From contig CAMYJH010000029.1 of assembly GCA_947258715.1 (NCBI GenBank), positions 1 through 61,707 of the forward strand: a stretch of 61,707 bases of DNA. The letters are read 5' to 3'. Position 1 is the stretch's first letter. Each line of letters opens with the position of its first letter. Origin of the DNA: an uncultured Gammaproteobacteria bacterium (GTDB taxonomy: Bacteria > Pseudomonadota > Gammaproteobacteria > HK1). The notes under the pieces were generated by a model that saw only the letters and a list, made by a program, of their open reading frames with translations, had not been told where the DNA came from and did not search any database. Below are positions 43,942 through 54,134 of this stretch, piece by piece. The position numbers and the translations under genes are program-made.

Positions 43942-44106
43942 GACCCGGTCTCCTCGACTTATTGTGTTAAACGGGTTCCCAAGAATACCCGTCATCGGCG
44001 GACGGGGGCATTATGTGGCGATAGGCCGTCCTTCGCGAGGGGCCCTGGGCCACCCGGCTCGAGCGCGGTCAGACGGAAGAAAAAAAGGCACAATATAAAC
44101 AGCGCA

Positions 44107-47100
44107 ATGGACAGCCAAGGAATGATTTTCGAAAAGCCACTCGCCGAGCGCACCTTGCTGCGCCGCGCCATTGACGCGCACTACCGCGCCGACGAGACGC
44201 AATCTGTTCGCGAGCTCTTGAGCCAGCTCGAACTCGATTCCGAGACCAGCGGTCGCATCGCGTCCACCGCGCGCAAACTGGTCGAGGCGGTACGCGGACG
44301 GGCCAAAGGTGGCCTCGACGCATTTCTCTACGAGTACGGGCTCTCGACCCAGGAAGGCGTGATGCTCATGTGCATCGCCGAGGCGCTGCTCAGAATTCCC
44401 GATGACGAAACCCAGGAAGCGCTGATCCGCGACAAGATTTCGGCGGGAAACTGGAACCGCCACCTCGGCCACAGCGACTCGGTGTTCGTCAACGCTTCGA
44501 CCTGGGGGCTGATGCTGACCGGACGGGTGGTGCGTATGCACGGCATCCGCGGGCAGAGTGCGGGCTCGGTGCTTCGCCGGCTGGTGGCGCGGGTCGGCGA
44601 GCCGGTGATCCGCGAGGCGGTCAATCAGGCGATGCGCATCATGGGCCGCCAGTTCGTCATGGGACGCAGCATCGGCGAGGCGCTGGAGCGGGCCAAGGCG
44701 TTCGAAAAGCGGGGTTATCGCTACTCCTACGACATGCTCGGCGAAGCGGCGCGCACCATGGAGGATGCGGACCGGTTCTTCGAGGCGTACAAAAGCGCCA
44801 TCGAAGCAATCGGGGAAGTCGCCACAGGCAAAGGGATCGTCGATGGTCCCGGCATCTCGGTGAAGCTCTCCGCGCTGCATCCGCGCTATGAGCTCTGGAA
44901 TGAGCGGCGGGTGATGGACGAAGTGGTGCCGCGCATTCACGCGCTGGCGCGGTTGGCGGCGGAGCACGGCATCGGCCTCAACATCGATGCGGAGGAGGCG
45001 GCGCGGCAGGATCTTTCTCTCGACGTCACCGAGGCGGTTTCAGGCTCGGTCGAGCTGAGAGGCTGGAATGGCTTCGGCGTGGTGGTGCAGGCGTACCAGA
45101 AGCGCGCGCCGTTCGTGATCGACTGGCTTGCCGACATGGCGCGGCGACACAAGCGCAGGCTTATGCTGCGGCTGGTGAAGGGCGCGTATTGGGACGCCGA
45201 GATTAAGCTCGCCCAGGAGCTGGCGCTGGCGGGGTATCCGGTGTTCACGCGCAAAGTGAACTCCGATGTTTGTTATCTCGCCTGCGCGCGCAAGCTGTTT
45301 GCCGACAAGGACGCGTTCTACCCCCAGTTTGCCACCCATAACGCCCACACCATAGCCGCGGTGCTCGAGTTCGCGGGCAACACGCGGGACTTCGAGTTTC
45401 AGCGCCTGCACGGCATGGGCGAGGAGCTTTACGAAGAAGTGGTAGAGAAAGCGGACGTGGGCACGCCCTGCCGGATCTACGCCCCGGTAGGCGAGCACGA
45501 GGATCTGCTCGCTTACCTGGTGCGACGTTTGCTGGAGAATGGCTCCAACAGTTCTTTCGTCAACCGTATTCAGGACGAAGATCTGCCGGTCGAGGAGATC
45601 ATTGCCGATCCCATCGCCCAGGCCCGCGGCCATGCTTTCGTGCCCCATCCACGTATTCCGCTGCCAAGGGATCTGTACGGTGCACGGCGACAGAACTTTT
45701 CCGGCATTGATCTGACCGACCGCGCGGAGCTCGAGAAATTGCGCGTCGCCATGCTGGTTGCAGAGGCCAAACCTTGGACCGCCGGCGCCATTGTTGCCGG
45801 CAAGGAGCGCGGCGGCACCACGCGCGAAGTGGTCTCGCCTGCAGACCACGCGCGCGTGGTGGGGCAGGTCAGCGAAGCCGATACAGACGACATCGAGGGC
45901 GCGCTCAAAAGCGCCGCCGGCGCGGCGAAAGCCTGGGCCGAGACGTCGGCGACAAAACGCGCGGACTGCTTGAGAAGGCTCGCCGATCTCATGCAGGCAG
46001 AGACGCCCGAGCTGATGGCGATTGCCGTGCGCGAAGCCGGCAAGACCATCAACGATGCCTTGGCTGAGGTTCGCGAGGCAGTCGATTTTTGCCGCTACTA
46101 TGCGCTGCGCGCGCTAGGGGACTGTGGGCGGCAAACTCGACTGCGCGTGCCGCGGGAGGACGGGCGCACTTTGCGCCTGGAGGGCGGCGGTGTTTTTTGC
46201 TGCATCAGCCCGTGGAATTTCCCTTTGGCAATCTTTAGCGGCCAGGTCACCGCGGCGTTGGCCGCGGGTAACGCAGTTGTGGCCAAGCCCGCCGAGCAAA
46301 CGCCGCTCATGGCGGCAGCTGCGGTACGGCTCATGCACCGGGCCGGGATCCCATCAGAGGTTTTACACCTGCTTCCCGGCGACGGAGCCAAGGTGGGCGG
46401 GGCGCTGGTGGCGGATCCCCGCGTAACCGGCGTCTGTTTCACCGGCTCCACCGAGGTAGCGCAAATCATCAACAGGACGCTGGCGAAAAGAGACGGTCCC
46501 ATTCATCCGCTCATCGCCGAGACTGGCGGCATGAACGCCATGATTGTCGACTCCAGCGCGCTGCCCGAACAGGTGACGCGGGACGTGTTGACGTCCGCGT
46601 TTCAAAGCGCCGGCCAGCGCTGCTCGGCACTGAGGGTGTTGTTCCTGCAGGAGGAAGTGGCCGATCGAATGCTCAACATGATCCGTGGAGCCATGGAGCA
46701 GCTTTGCGTTGGCGATCCGGCCTATCTTTGCACCGACGTCGGGCCGGTCATTGACGAAGAAGCGGAGTCGATGCTCGAAGGTCACATCCGTCGCATGCGC
46801 GGTGAAGCAAGGTTAATCCATCAGGTAAAGCCCGGTCCGCGCACCGGCAACGGATCCTTTATCGCCCCGGTCGCGTTCGAGATCGACAGACTCTCACGTT
46901 TGCAGCGCGAGGTATTCGGGCCGGTGCTGCACGTGCTGCGCTATTCGGGAAACCACCTCGATGCCGTGATTGAAGCCATCAACGCCACCGGCTACGGGCT
47001 CACCCACGGCATCCACACCCGGGTGGACGAAACCCGCGACTACATTCTGTCCCGGGTGCACGCCGGCAACGCTTACGTCAACCGCAATCAGATCGGTGCC

Positions 47101-48033
47101 GTGGTTGGGGTGCAACCTTTCGGCGGCGAGAGGCTGTCGGGCACGGGACCGAAGGCTGGTGGACCGCATTACATCCCCCGTTTTGCATCCGAGCGCGCCG
47201 ACAGCGGGGCGACCGGAAATAACAACAGCTCAGACCACGGCGGCGACCTGGGCCGATTCGGGATCTCGCGCAAGGTTCTCGACGGCGCGGTCGAGGCCGC
47301 CGTTTCAGGCGCCAGGACCTGGTCGCAACAATCGGTGTCCTTGCGCGCGGCGGTGCTGGAGCGCGCCGCCGCGCAGCTCGAGGACGCGGTCGAGGAAGGG
47401 CTCGCCGGATTGGACCCGCGTGGCAGCGACGGCGTGGATCTGGCCGCGGATTACCTGCGCTTTCACGCCGCCCAGGCCGAGTCCGAGCTGGCAGAGCCCT
47501 TGTCTCTGCCGGGGCCGACGGGTGAGCGCAACGAGCTTTCCTATGCCGCGCGCGGCGTTATTGCGTGTTTCGCCGCCGACGGGGTGGCGCCGCTCGCGGC
47601 GCAAATGGGCGCCGCGCTGGCGGCAGGCAACGCTGTGATTGCGTGGCACGCTGACGATCGAGTTGCAACCGAACTAGCGTCGATCTTTCGCCAGGCCGGC
47701 GCGCCGGAGTCGGTGGTGCATGCGGTGCCCAAAGGTGAGGGCGCGTCTTTGAGACACATCGTCGTCGACGCGCGCGTGGACGCGCTGGCCTTTTCCGGTG
47801 AACACGACGACGCCAAAGCAGTTGCCCGCCTGCTGGCTGAGGTCCAAGGGCCGATCCGGCCGCTGATTCCCTACGCCGAGCTCGAGCACTCGGGCGGTGC
47901 ACCGGGCAGCCCGCTGGCCGGAAGCCCGCACTATCTGCATCGCTTCCTGCTCGAGCGCTCATTGAGCGTCGACACTACCGCCTCGGGGGGCAACGCTTCG
48001 CTGTTTTCCCTTGAGGAATCGCAGTCTGGCTGA
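44107..48033 (+). CDS. putA: bifunctional proline dehydrogenase / 1-pyrroline-5-carboxylate dehydrogenase PutA, lacking the N-terminal ribbon-helix-helix DNA-binding domain
   Basis: Strong collinear similarity to PutA that I recall from E. coli (LSTQEGVMLMCIAEALLRIPD, RLVKGAYWD, YAPVGEHEDLLAYLVRRLLENG, ISPWNFPLAIF, ETGGMNAMIVDSSAL, FGGERLSGTGPKAGGP). Starts at the aligned arm domain; C-terminal ALDH-superfamily extension present. Confidence 0.9.
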   Translation: MDSQGMIFEKPLAERTLLRRAIDAHYRADETQSVRELLSQLELDSETSGRIASTARKLVEAVRGRAKGGLDAFLYEYGLSTQEGVMLMCIAEALLRIPDDETQEALIRDKISAGNWNRHLGHSDSVFVNASTWGLMLTGRVVRMHGIRGQSAGSVLRRLVARVGEPVIREAVNQAMRIMGRQFVMGRSIGEALERAKAFEKRGYRYSYDMLGEAARTMEDADRFFEAYKSAIEAIGEVATGKGIVDGPGISVKLSALHPRYELWNERRVMDEVVPRIHALARLAAEHGIGLNIDAEEAARQDLSLDVTEAVSGSVELRGWNGFGVVVQAYQKRAPFVIDWLADMARRHKRRLMLRLVKGAYWDAEIKLAQELALAGYPVFTRKVNSDVCYLACARKLFADKDAFYPQFATHNAHTIAAVLEFAGNTRDFEFQRLHGMGEELYEEVVEKADVGTPCRIYAPVGEHEDLLAYLVRRLLENGSNSSFVNRIQDEDLPVEEIIADPIAQARGHAFVPHPRIPLPRDLYGARRQNFSGIDLTDRAELEKLRVAMLVAEAKPWTAGAIVAGKERGGTTREVVSPADHARVVGQVSEADTDDIEGALKSAAGAAKAWAETSATKRADCLRRLADLMQAETPELMAIAVREAGKTINDALAEVREAVDFCRYYALRALGDCGRQTRLRVPREDGRTLRLEGGGVFCCISPWNFPLAIFSGQVTAALAAGNAVVAKPAEQTPLMAAAAVRLMHRAGIPSEVLHLLPGDGAKVGGALVADPRVTGVCFTGSTEVAQIINRTLAKRDGPIHPLIAETGGMNAMIVDSSALPEQVTRDVLTSAFQSAGQRCSALRVLFLQEEVADRMLNMIRGAMEQLCVGDPAYLCTDVGPVIDEEAESMLEGHIRRMRGEARLIHQVKPGPRTGNGSFIAPVAFEIDRLSRLQREVFGPVLHVLRYSGNHLDAVIEAINATGYGLTHGIHTRVDETRDYILSRVHAGNAYVNRNQIGAVVGVQPFGGERLSGTGPKAGGPHYIPRFASERADSGATGNNNSSDHGGDLGRFGISRKVLDGAVEAAVSGARTWSQQSVSLRAAVLERAAAQLEDAVEEGLAGLDPRGSDGVDLAADYLRFHAAQAESELAEPLSLPGPTGERNELSYAARGVIACFAADGVAPLAAQMGAALAAGNAVIAWHADDRVATELASIFRQAGAPESVVHAVPKGEGASLRHIVVDARVDALAFSGEHDDAKAVARLLAEVQGPIRPLIPYAELEHSGGAPGSPLAGSPHYLHRFLLERSLSVDTTASGGNASLFSLEESQSG

Positions 48034-48365
48034 AATCGAATCGCCCACGGCCACGGTCGAGCTCGATCTCAGATATTGGGTAAGTGTCTGTTGCAGATGA
48101 TTAGATCGGTTAATTCTGCTGCCATCCTGCAAATGGGCCTGATAAAGGGCGGGTATTTCCGACGGCCGCGAAATGTAAAGCATTGTAAAAACCCTGCCGC
48201 TTCCTTTGTGGACGCACTGCTATCGGCATAAAATGTGCCCCGTCGCGCGCTGCTAGCGCGCACGATTTCTGATTTCCTGGAAAACCAATCCAAGAAAATC
48301 GTGGCTTTAAGCCCCTGAGCAAAGAGGGGCTGCTTCACATCAAGTGTTATCAGCGATAGGAGTTT

Positions 48366-48779
48366 ATGGTAATGGGCTACAAAATTGACGAAATCGAGGG
48401 TATTGGGCCGGCGTCCGCCGAGAAGCTCGGTACCGCTGGCATCAAGAGCACGGACGATCTTCTGAAGTTGTGCTGTGACTCTAAAGGACGAAAGTCGACC
48501 GCGGAAAAAACCGGCCTGGGCGAGAAGCAGCTGCTGAAATGGGCCAACATGGCGGACCTGATGCGAATCTCCGGCGTGGGCGAGGAATACTCCGAACTGC
48601 TGGAGGCCGCCGGCGTGGATACCGTCAAAGAGCTCGGCAACCGAAGTGCCGAAAACCTGGCGGCCAAGATGGCCGAGGTCAACTTGCAGAAAAAGCTTAC
48701 CCGCAACGTTCCCTCTGAGAAGCAGGTCGCCAAGTGGGTACAACAGGCCAAGTCGATGGAAGCAATGATTTCGCACTGA
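48366..48779 (+). CDS. DUF4332-like small protein with two helix-hairpin-helix-like repeats
   Basis: RBS AGGAG before ATG 48366. Repeated IEGIGPASAEKLGTAGI / ISGVGEEYSELLEAAGV motifs. Preceded by a 330-bp AT-richer promoter region. Confidence 0.6.
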   Translation: MVMGYKIDEIEGIGPASAEKLGTAGIKSTDDLLKLCCDSKGRKSTAEKTGLGEKQLLKWANMADLMRISGVGEEYSELLEAAGVDTVKELGNRSAENLAAKMAEVNLQKKLTRNVPSEKQVAKWVQQAKSMEAMISH

Positions 48780-48804
48780 TCTCGCTGCTCGACAGAATGG
48801 AAAA

Positions 48805-48839
48805 GGCGCGGGGCGTTTTACATCCCGCGCTTTTTTTTT
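48805..48839 (+). terminator. rho-independent terminator after the DUF4332-like gene
   Basis: GCGCGGG-GCGTTTTACAT-CCCGCGC stem-loop immediately followed by TTTTTTTTT. Confidence 0.75.
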
Positions 48840-48926
48840 GCGCGGACAGTTACAAACACGCCAGACCGGAACATTCGCCAATCGATGACAGCCGGGATTG
48901 AACTCCTACAGAAACAACCCCGTAAT

Positions 48927-50036
48927 CTAACCAACCGGATTAATGACGAAGTTGCCCACGTGCTGTTTCTTCAGGAATGCGGTCTGTGCTTCTCGCAAAG
49001 ATTCTAATGGCCAGGTGCCCGCGAGCAGCGGCTTGATTTCCTTGCGTTCGATATAGCCGACCAGATCCGCAAAAAGACCCGGCGGAATGGTGGTTGCGCC
49101 GGTCAGCGTGAGATCGTTCAAATAGAAGGTGCGTAAGTCAAACTCCACTATCGGCCCGGCAATGGCGCCCGAGCAGGTGTAGCGTCCGCCGCGGCGCAGG
49201 CAATCGATGAGCTGCGGCCAGAGCGTTCCGCCGACCACGTCGGCAACCACCTCCACTTGTGGTTTGCCGATTGCCGCTTCGAGCGCGGCCGGCAAGTTAT
49301 CTGGAGATCGGGGCAGCACGGCTTCGGCGCCGATGGACCGCACCTGATCCACCTTGGTCTCGGCGCAGATGGCAACCGGGATCGCGCCGCGGCGACGGGC
49401 GAGCTGGATCAGGGCCGAGCCGACGCCTCCAGAGGCTCCCGGTACCAGCACCACCTCGTCCGCTTTAACCCCTGCGCGGCGGAGCATGTTCTCCGCCGTA
49501 ATGGAGGAGGTGGCGAAAGTCGCGAGCTCCGCGTCGCTAAAGTCACTCTCTATGGGATGCACGTTCTTCGCCGGCGCCTTGGTGTACTCGGCGAACCCAC
49601 CGTCGGTCTCCGATCCGAAATAGCGGCACTTGTCGACGTTGTCAGGGTCGCTCCAGTCCCGCAGCCAGGTATCAACGAGCACACGCTTGCCCATCAACGC
49701 TTCGGGCGCGCCGCTTCCAAGGGCGATGACCCGGCCGCAGACGTCGGCGCCCTGAATGCGCGGAAAGGAAATGCCGTTACCGCCCCAGCCGCTGGCGGCC
49801 TCGCGCTCCAGGCCGAATCCCGTTTCGCCGCGCTCGGCGGTCGTTCCCTCGGTCACGGATTTCGAATACCAGCCGATACGGGTATTGATGTCGGTGTTGT
49901 TCATGCCGCAGGCGCCGACTTCGATCAGAACCTCGTCCCCGTGCGGAGTCGGAAGCGGCCAATCCTCGCGGTACTCCAACTTTTCAAGGCCGCCGTAGCC
50001 AGTGAGCACCATCGCCCGCATCCGCTTCTGAATCAT
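48927..50036 (-). CDS. zinc-binding alcohol dehydrogenase / quinone oxidoreductase (MDR superfamily)
   Basis: MRAMVLTGYGGLEKLEYREDWPLPTPHGDEVLIEVGACGMNNTD..., Rossmann GASGGVGS, ...GRYTCSGAIAG. RBS GGGGAGAG before ATG 50036. Confidence 0.75.
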   Translation of the reverse strand: MIQKRMRAMVLTGYGGLEKLEYREDWPLPTPHGDEVLIEVGACGMNNTDINTRIGWYSKSVTEGTTAERGETGFGLEREAASGWGGNGISFPRIQGADVCGRVIALGSGAPEALMGKRVLVDTWLRDWSDPDNVDKCRYFGSETDGGFAEYTKAPAKNVHPIESDFSDAELATFATSSITAENMLRRAGVKADEVVLVPGASGGVGSALIQLARRRGAIPVAICAETKVDQVRSIGAEAVLPRSPDNLPAALEAAIGKPQVEVVADVVGGTLWPQLIDCLRRGGRYTCSGAIAGPIVEFDLRTFYLNDLTLTGATTIPPGLFADLVGYIERKEIKPLLAGTWPLESLREAQTAFLKKQHVGNFVINPVG

Positions 50037-50173
50037 GACTCTCCCCATCCTTTGTTCGTACCGCCGGCATCAGACATGCACGCCGGGCGCAGTGTGAAAT
50101 CACTCAGTCAAGAGAACACGACGATTGAACACGCCAACGTTCAGGCGGCCTAGTCTAAACCTTCAGCTCGGGC

Positions 50174-50896
50174 TCAGGAGTGGCGCAAGGGAACGAAGCG
50201 AACCCGAAACAGCTCTTTCCGCGAGACTCGTCCATCGGCGTGCTTCTCAATCAGGGTGAGCCACTGTTCGCCCCCCGGCTCGCGAAGCGGAATCACCAGG
50301 CGTCCGTCGGCCACGAGCTGAGCCACGAGGGCGGGAGGAATACTTTCAGCCACCGCCGTGACCACGACTGCGCGGTAGGGCGCGAACTCGGGCCAGCCCT
50401 TACGGCCGTCTCCGGTGCGAACACGAACGTTTCGGTATCCAAGCGCCTGCAGCTTGTGCTGCGCTGCGACCGCGAGCTCCGGAATCGTCTCCACCGAATA
50501 CACCTGTGCACCGAGTTCCGCCAGTACCGCAGCCTGGTATCCCGATCCGCTCCCGATCTCGAGCACACGATCGCCCGCGCCCACCTTAAGCAGCTCGGTC
50601 ATGTAGGCGACGATGAAGGGTTGGGAGATAGTTTGGCCGTGGCCGATGGGAAGCGCGGCGTCAGCATAGGCGAGCATCCGCTCGTGCCGGGGGACGAACT
50701 TTTCCCGTCGCACCCGTGCAATGGCTCTCAAAACGGCCGGCGATATGTCGCACGCCCCGATTTCCATCGCCACCGCCTGCGCGTGGGCGCGTATGGATGC
50801 GATCAGCGCTTCTATCCGCGGGTCGTCCCGTGCAGATTGAGAATTTTCCTCGCCCTTGGAGGTCGAGGAACCGGGCGCATTTGAAGCTATCCACAC
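50174..50896 (-). CDS. pcm: protein-L-isoaspartate O-methyltransferase
   Basis: ...VPRHERMLAYADAALPIGHGQTISQPFIVAYMTELLKVGAGDRVLEIGSGSGYQAAVLAEL... aligns with Pcm motifs I, post-I and II/III. Start set at GTG 50896 (RBS AGGAG) since the ORF's upstream 39 aa lack homology; uncertain. Confidence 0.75.
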   Translation of the reverse strand: MWIASNAPGSSTSKGEENSQSARDDPRIEALIASIRAHAQAVAMEIGACDISPAVLRAIARVRREKFVPRHERMLAYADAALPIGHGQTISQPFIVAYMTELLKVGAGDRVLEIGSGSGYQAAVLAELGAQVYSVETIPELAVAAQHKLQALGYRNVRVRTGDGRKGWPEFAPYRAVVVTAVAESIPPALVAQLVADGRLVIPLREPGGEQWLTLIEKHADGRVSRKELFRVRFVPLRHS

Positions 50897-51049
50897 GGTG
50901 CCGAACTCCTGAACTGGAAATGCTCCACCGAACCCGCAATCCCATTCTTTGGTCACGCTCGAAAGCTCGCATTGACCAGGATCAGGGTTGGCCGAGATTC
51001 GGCCGCGTGACATGAGCGGCAGCCGGAGGGCGAAACGTGGCCCCCGGAT

Positions 51050-52810
51050 TCAGGCAGAGGTCACGGATTCCTTCTTCATCTGTTCGACCACCTTTTCACG
51101 CATGCGGAATTTCTGCAGTTTCCCCGTCACCGTCATTGGGAACTCCTGCACCAGCTGGATGTGGCTCGGGATTTTGAAGTGCGCGATATGGCCTTCGCAG
51201 AAGTCCCGTATTTCCTGCTCGGTGAGCTGCTCTCCAGCGTGCGGCTGGATCCAGGCGGCGACCGCCTCACCGAAGTACTCGTCGGGTATCCCGAACACGG
51301 CCACCTCCGCAACCTTGGGGTGAGTGAAGAGGAAGTCCTCGATCTCCCGGGGATAGATGTTCTCACCGCCGCGGATGATCATCTCTTTGCGTCGGCCGGT
51401 GATGCTCACGTATCCCTCTTCGTCCATGTGGCCAATGTCCCCCGAGCGCAGCCAGCCGTTTTCATCGATGGCTTCACGGGTCGCCTCTGCATCCGCGTAG
51501 TAGCCTTTCATCACGTGATAGCCGCGAAAGCAGATCTCGCCGTCGTCGCCCAAAGGCACGGTTGCGCCGCTTTCCACCTCTATCACCTTGACCTCCTGGT
51601 GCGGCAAATTGCGGCCCACGGTGGCGACACGTCGCTGCAGGCTGTCGCTGGCGCTGGTCAAGTGAGTGAGCGGCGAAGCCTCGGTCTCCCCATAGCCGAT
51701 GAGGATCTCGGGCACGTGCATGTCCTCCATCACGCGGCGCATGAGTTCCGGGGGGCAGGGCGCCCCGGCCATGATTCCGGTACGCAGCGTGCTGAGATCG
51801 GTATCCGCGAACCGAGGGTGCCCGAGCGCAGCGATGAACATCGTCGGCACCCCGTGGATGGCGGTGCAGCGCTCTCGCTGAACGCAATCGAGAATCGCTC
51901 CGGGGTCGAAGTGCTCGCTGGGCACCACCGCGCACGCTCCGACCGAAAAACACAGCAGATTCGAAAGCACCATCCCAAAGCAGTGATAGAACGGCACCGG
52001 AATACACAGCCGGTCGTTTTGATCAAAGCTCATGCACTGCGCCGTGAACCAGGCGTTGTTGAGAATATTGTGATGCGAGAGCACCACGGCTTTCGGAAAT
52101 CCGGTGGTACCGGAGGTGTACTGGATATTGATCGCGTCGTCCGGGTCCAGGGAAGCGGTCTCCCCCTCGAGACGCTGCCGGGAGATCTCGTCGGCGCGGG
52201 CGAGGAACCTTTCCCAGGAAAGAAATCCGGCGACGGCGGTGGTGGCGGATGCGGTCATATTCGGATCGAAAAGGATGAGCCTGCTCAGATGGGGAAACTG
52301 CTTCGACTCAACGCTGTCGGTTTTCGATGTTGTCAGTTCCGGTATCAGCTGTGTCAGCATGGCCACGTAATCGCTGGAGCGAAACCGCGGGATTAGAAAC
52401 ACGGCTTCGATTTCCGAACGTTCGAGCGCATGGGCAAGCTCTCGCGGCCGGTACGCCGGATTGACGTTGACCAGGACGGCGCCGATGCGTGCGGTCGCAA
52501 GCTGCAGCAGCACCCACTCCACGTTGTTGGTGGACCAGATGCCGATCCGGTTTCCCTTGCCGAAGCCATGCGCAAGCAATGCGCGCGCGACTCTGTCCGC
52601 CTGCGTGCTCAGCTCGCGGTAGCTCAATCTCCGCGACTGGGGCACGGCGACAATCGCCTCGCGTTTTTCGAAGCGGGAAACGATATCCGCGAACTGCTCC
52701 GGGATGGTGACTCCCCTGAGCGGCGTTTCCCCGCCGCGATGAAAATAGCTGCGCCGAAGTGCGTCGCTTGCGCTGCCGATAGCGTTGGGGTTTCGACCCG
52801 AGCGCGCCAT
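51050..52810 (-). CDS. AMP-dependent synthetase / long-chain acyl-CoA ligase (FadD-like)
   Basis: 586 aa; AMP-binding signature IQYTSGTTGFPKAVVLSHHN, YGETE, GWLRSGDIGHMDEEGYVSITGRRKEMIIRGGENIYPREIE. Confidence 0.85.
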   Translation of the reverse strand: MARSGRNPNAIGSASDALRRSYFHRGGETPLRGVTIPEQFADIVSRFEKREAIVAVPQSRRLSYRELSTQADRVARALLAHGFGKGNRIGIWSTNNVEWVLLQLATARIGAVLVNVNPAYRPRELAHALERSEIEAVFLIPRFRSSDYVAMLTQLIPELTTSKTDSVESKQFPHLSRLILFDPNMTASATTAVAGFLSWERFLARADEISRQRLEGETASLDPDDAINIQYTSGTTGFPKAVVLSHHNILNNAWFTAQCMSFDQNDRLCIPVPFYHCFGMVLSNLLCFSVGACAVVPSEHFDPGAILDCVQRERCTAIHGVPTMFIAALGHPRFADTDLSTLRTGIMAGAPCPPELMRRVMEDMHVPEILIGYGETEASPLTHLTSASDSLQRRVATVGRNLPHQEVKVIEVESGATVPLGDDGEICFRGYHVMKGYYADAEATREAIDENGWLRSGDIGHMDEEGYVSITGRRKEMIIRGGENIYPREIEDFLFTHPKVAEVAVFGIPDEYFGEAVAAWIQPHAGEQLTEQEIRDFCEGHIAHFKIPSHIQLVQEFPMTVTGKLQKFRMREKVVEQMKKESVTSA

Positions 52811-52813
52811 GGC

Positions 52814-53929
52814 TCAGAACGAGGACCAGCGCCGGGTGCGCATCGCTGCCTCGACCCGCGAGGTGGCCAAATCGAGCGCCGCCTTTCTTGGCAGAAGCTG
52901 CTCTTCGCGGGCGCGCGTCAATACCTCCCGCGTATTGCGCCGGATTTTTTCATCGATGGCCTGCATGGCGGCAGCTTCGCTGGCGCCGTGGTATTCCATC
53001 GCCGCGCAGATGACGCCGCCAGCGTTGGCAATGAAGTCGGGGATGTTCAGCACCCCGCGCTCGTGCAGCGTGCGCTCGGCGTCTTCGGTGATGGGAATGT
53101 TTGCGCCCTGAATAATGAGCCGTGTTTTGAGTCGATCGACGTTGGCCTCATCAATTACGTCCGGGCGCGCGGCGGGGATCCAGATATCGCAGTCAATATC
53201 GAGCGTGGCGTCCAGCGGCAGCACTTGCGCGCCTTTCCACTGTGACAGGTTGACGCCCGCGTCCTTGTGCGCGATGAGGGCGTTGACGTCGATGCCGGAG
53301 GGATCGTGCACGGTGCCGCTGGAGTCGCTGGCGCCCACTAGAACCGTCCCGCGCTCACCCAAAATTCGCGCCGCGTGCTTGCCCACAGCGCCGAAGCCCT
53401 GGACCACGACTCGGGCGCCTTTCAGCTCCAGATCGCAATACTCCGCGGCCACCTCGGCCGCGCTGGCGAGACCCAGCCCCGTGGCGCCGATTTCGTCCAG
53501 AGGAATGCCGCCCAGCTCCCGCGGAAGGCCGACGGCGCGCCCGATTTCGTCTTTTACCCACGCCATGCAGCTTTCGTCGGTGCCCATGTCGGGTCCGAAG
53601 ATATAGTGCTCCTCGCCCGCCAACGCGCAGGCAAAGGAACGCACGAGCTGCTGCTTGCCCTGATCGTCGATGCGTTTCGGGTCGGCGAATAGAACCGATT
53701 TACCGCCCCCGTGGGGAAGACCTGCCGCCGCGTTTTTGAACGTCATCGCGCGCGCGAGGCGGAAGCATTCGCGGGCGCTCACGTCGGGCGCCATGCGCAG
53801 CCCGCCGATGGACGACCCGGCGGCAACGTTGTCGACCACGAGCACGCCTTTTAGAGAAACAGACGGCTCGTAGACGTGAATGACCTTGAGTGGCCCCAGG
53901 TTATCGGCAAAGCTGAACGGATCTTCCAC
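52814..53929 (-). CDS. Glu/Leu/Phe/Val-family amino-acid dehydrogenase
   Basis: GGLRMAPDVSARECFRLARAMTFKNAAAGLPHGGGKSV (catalytic Lys region), VVQGFGAVGKHAA NAD(P)-binding. GTG start with RBS GGAGGG. Stop overlaps the downstream fadD-like start. Confidence 0.8.
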   Translation of the reverse strand: MEDPFSFADNLGPLKVIHVYEPSVSLKGVLVVDNVAAGSSIGGLRMAPDVSARECFRLARAMTFKNAAAGLPHGGGKSVLFADPKRIDDQGKQQLVRSFACALAGEEHYIFGPDMGTDESCMAWVKDEIGRAVGLPRELGGIPLDEIGATGLGLASAAEVAAEYCDLELKGARVVVQGFGAVGKHAARILGERGTVLVGASDSSGTVHDPSGIDVNALIAHKDAGVNLSQWKGAQVLPLDATLDIDCDIWIPAARPDVIDEANVDRLKTRLIIQGANIPITEDAERTLHERGVLNIPDFIANAGGVICAAMEYHGASEAAAMQAIDEKIRRNTREVLTRAREEQLLPRKAALDLATSRVEAAMRTRRWSSF

Positions 53930-54134
53930 TTCGGCGCCCTCCGCTTATCGATTCGGCTGGCGGCAGGCGGGGAGTTTCTTCCTCGTCACCGTCGGCCGCA
54001 CACAGTCAGTCTGCCTCAGGCAAAGCGTGGCTTGCGTTGATCTCGATCACTTCCCTTCGAGGGCCGAAATCGGTTCCCGCCGCAACGGCTACCGTCGCTT
54101 TTTTACCAACATGCGCGTAGAGCAGAAATTGGCC

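Noticed and set aside
44107-48033. PutA lacking an N-terminal DNA-binding domain as an anomaly
   Set aside because: PutA without the ribbon-helix-helix domain is, to my knowledge, common outside enterobacteria; not unusual.
48069-48881. 270-aa minus-strand ORF
   Set aside because: Antisense to the well-supported DUF4332-like gene (RBS, terminator, conserved repeats); no RBS or motif. Typical high-GC antisense ORF.
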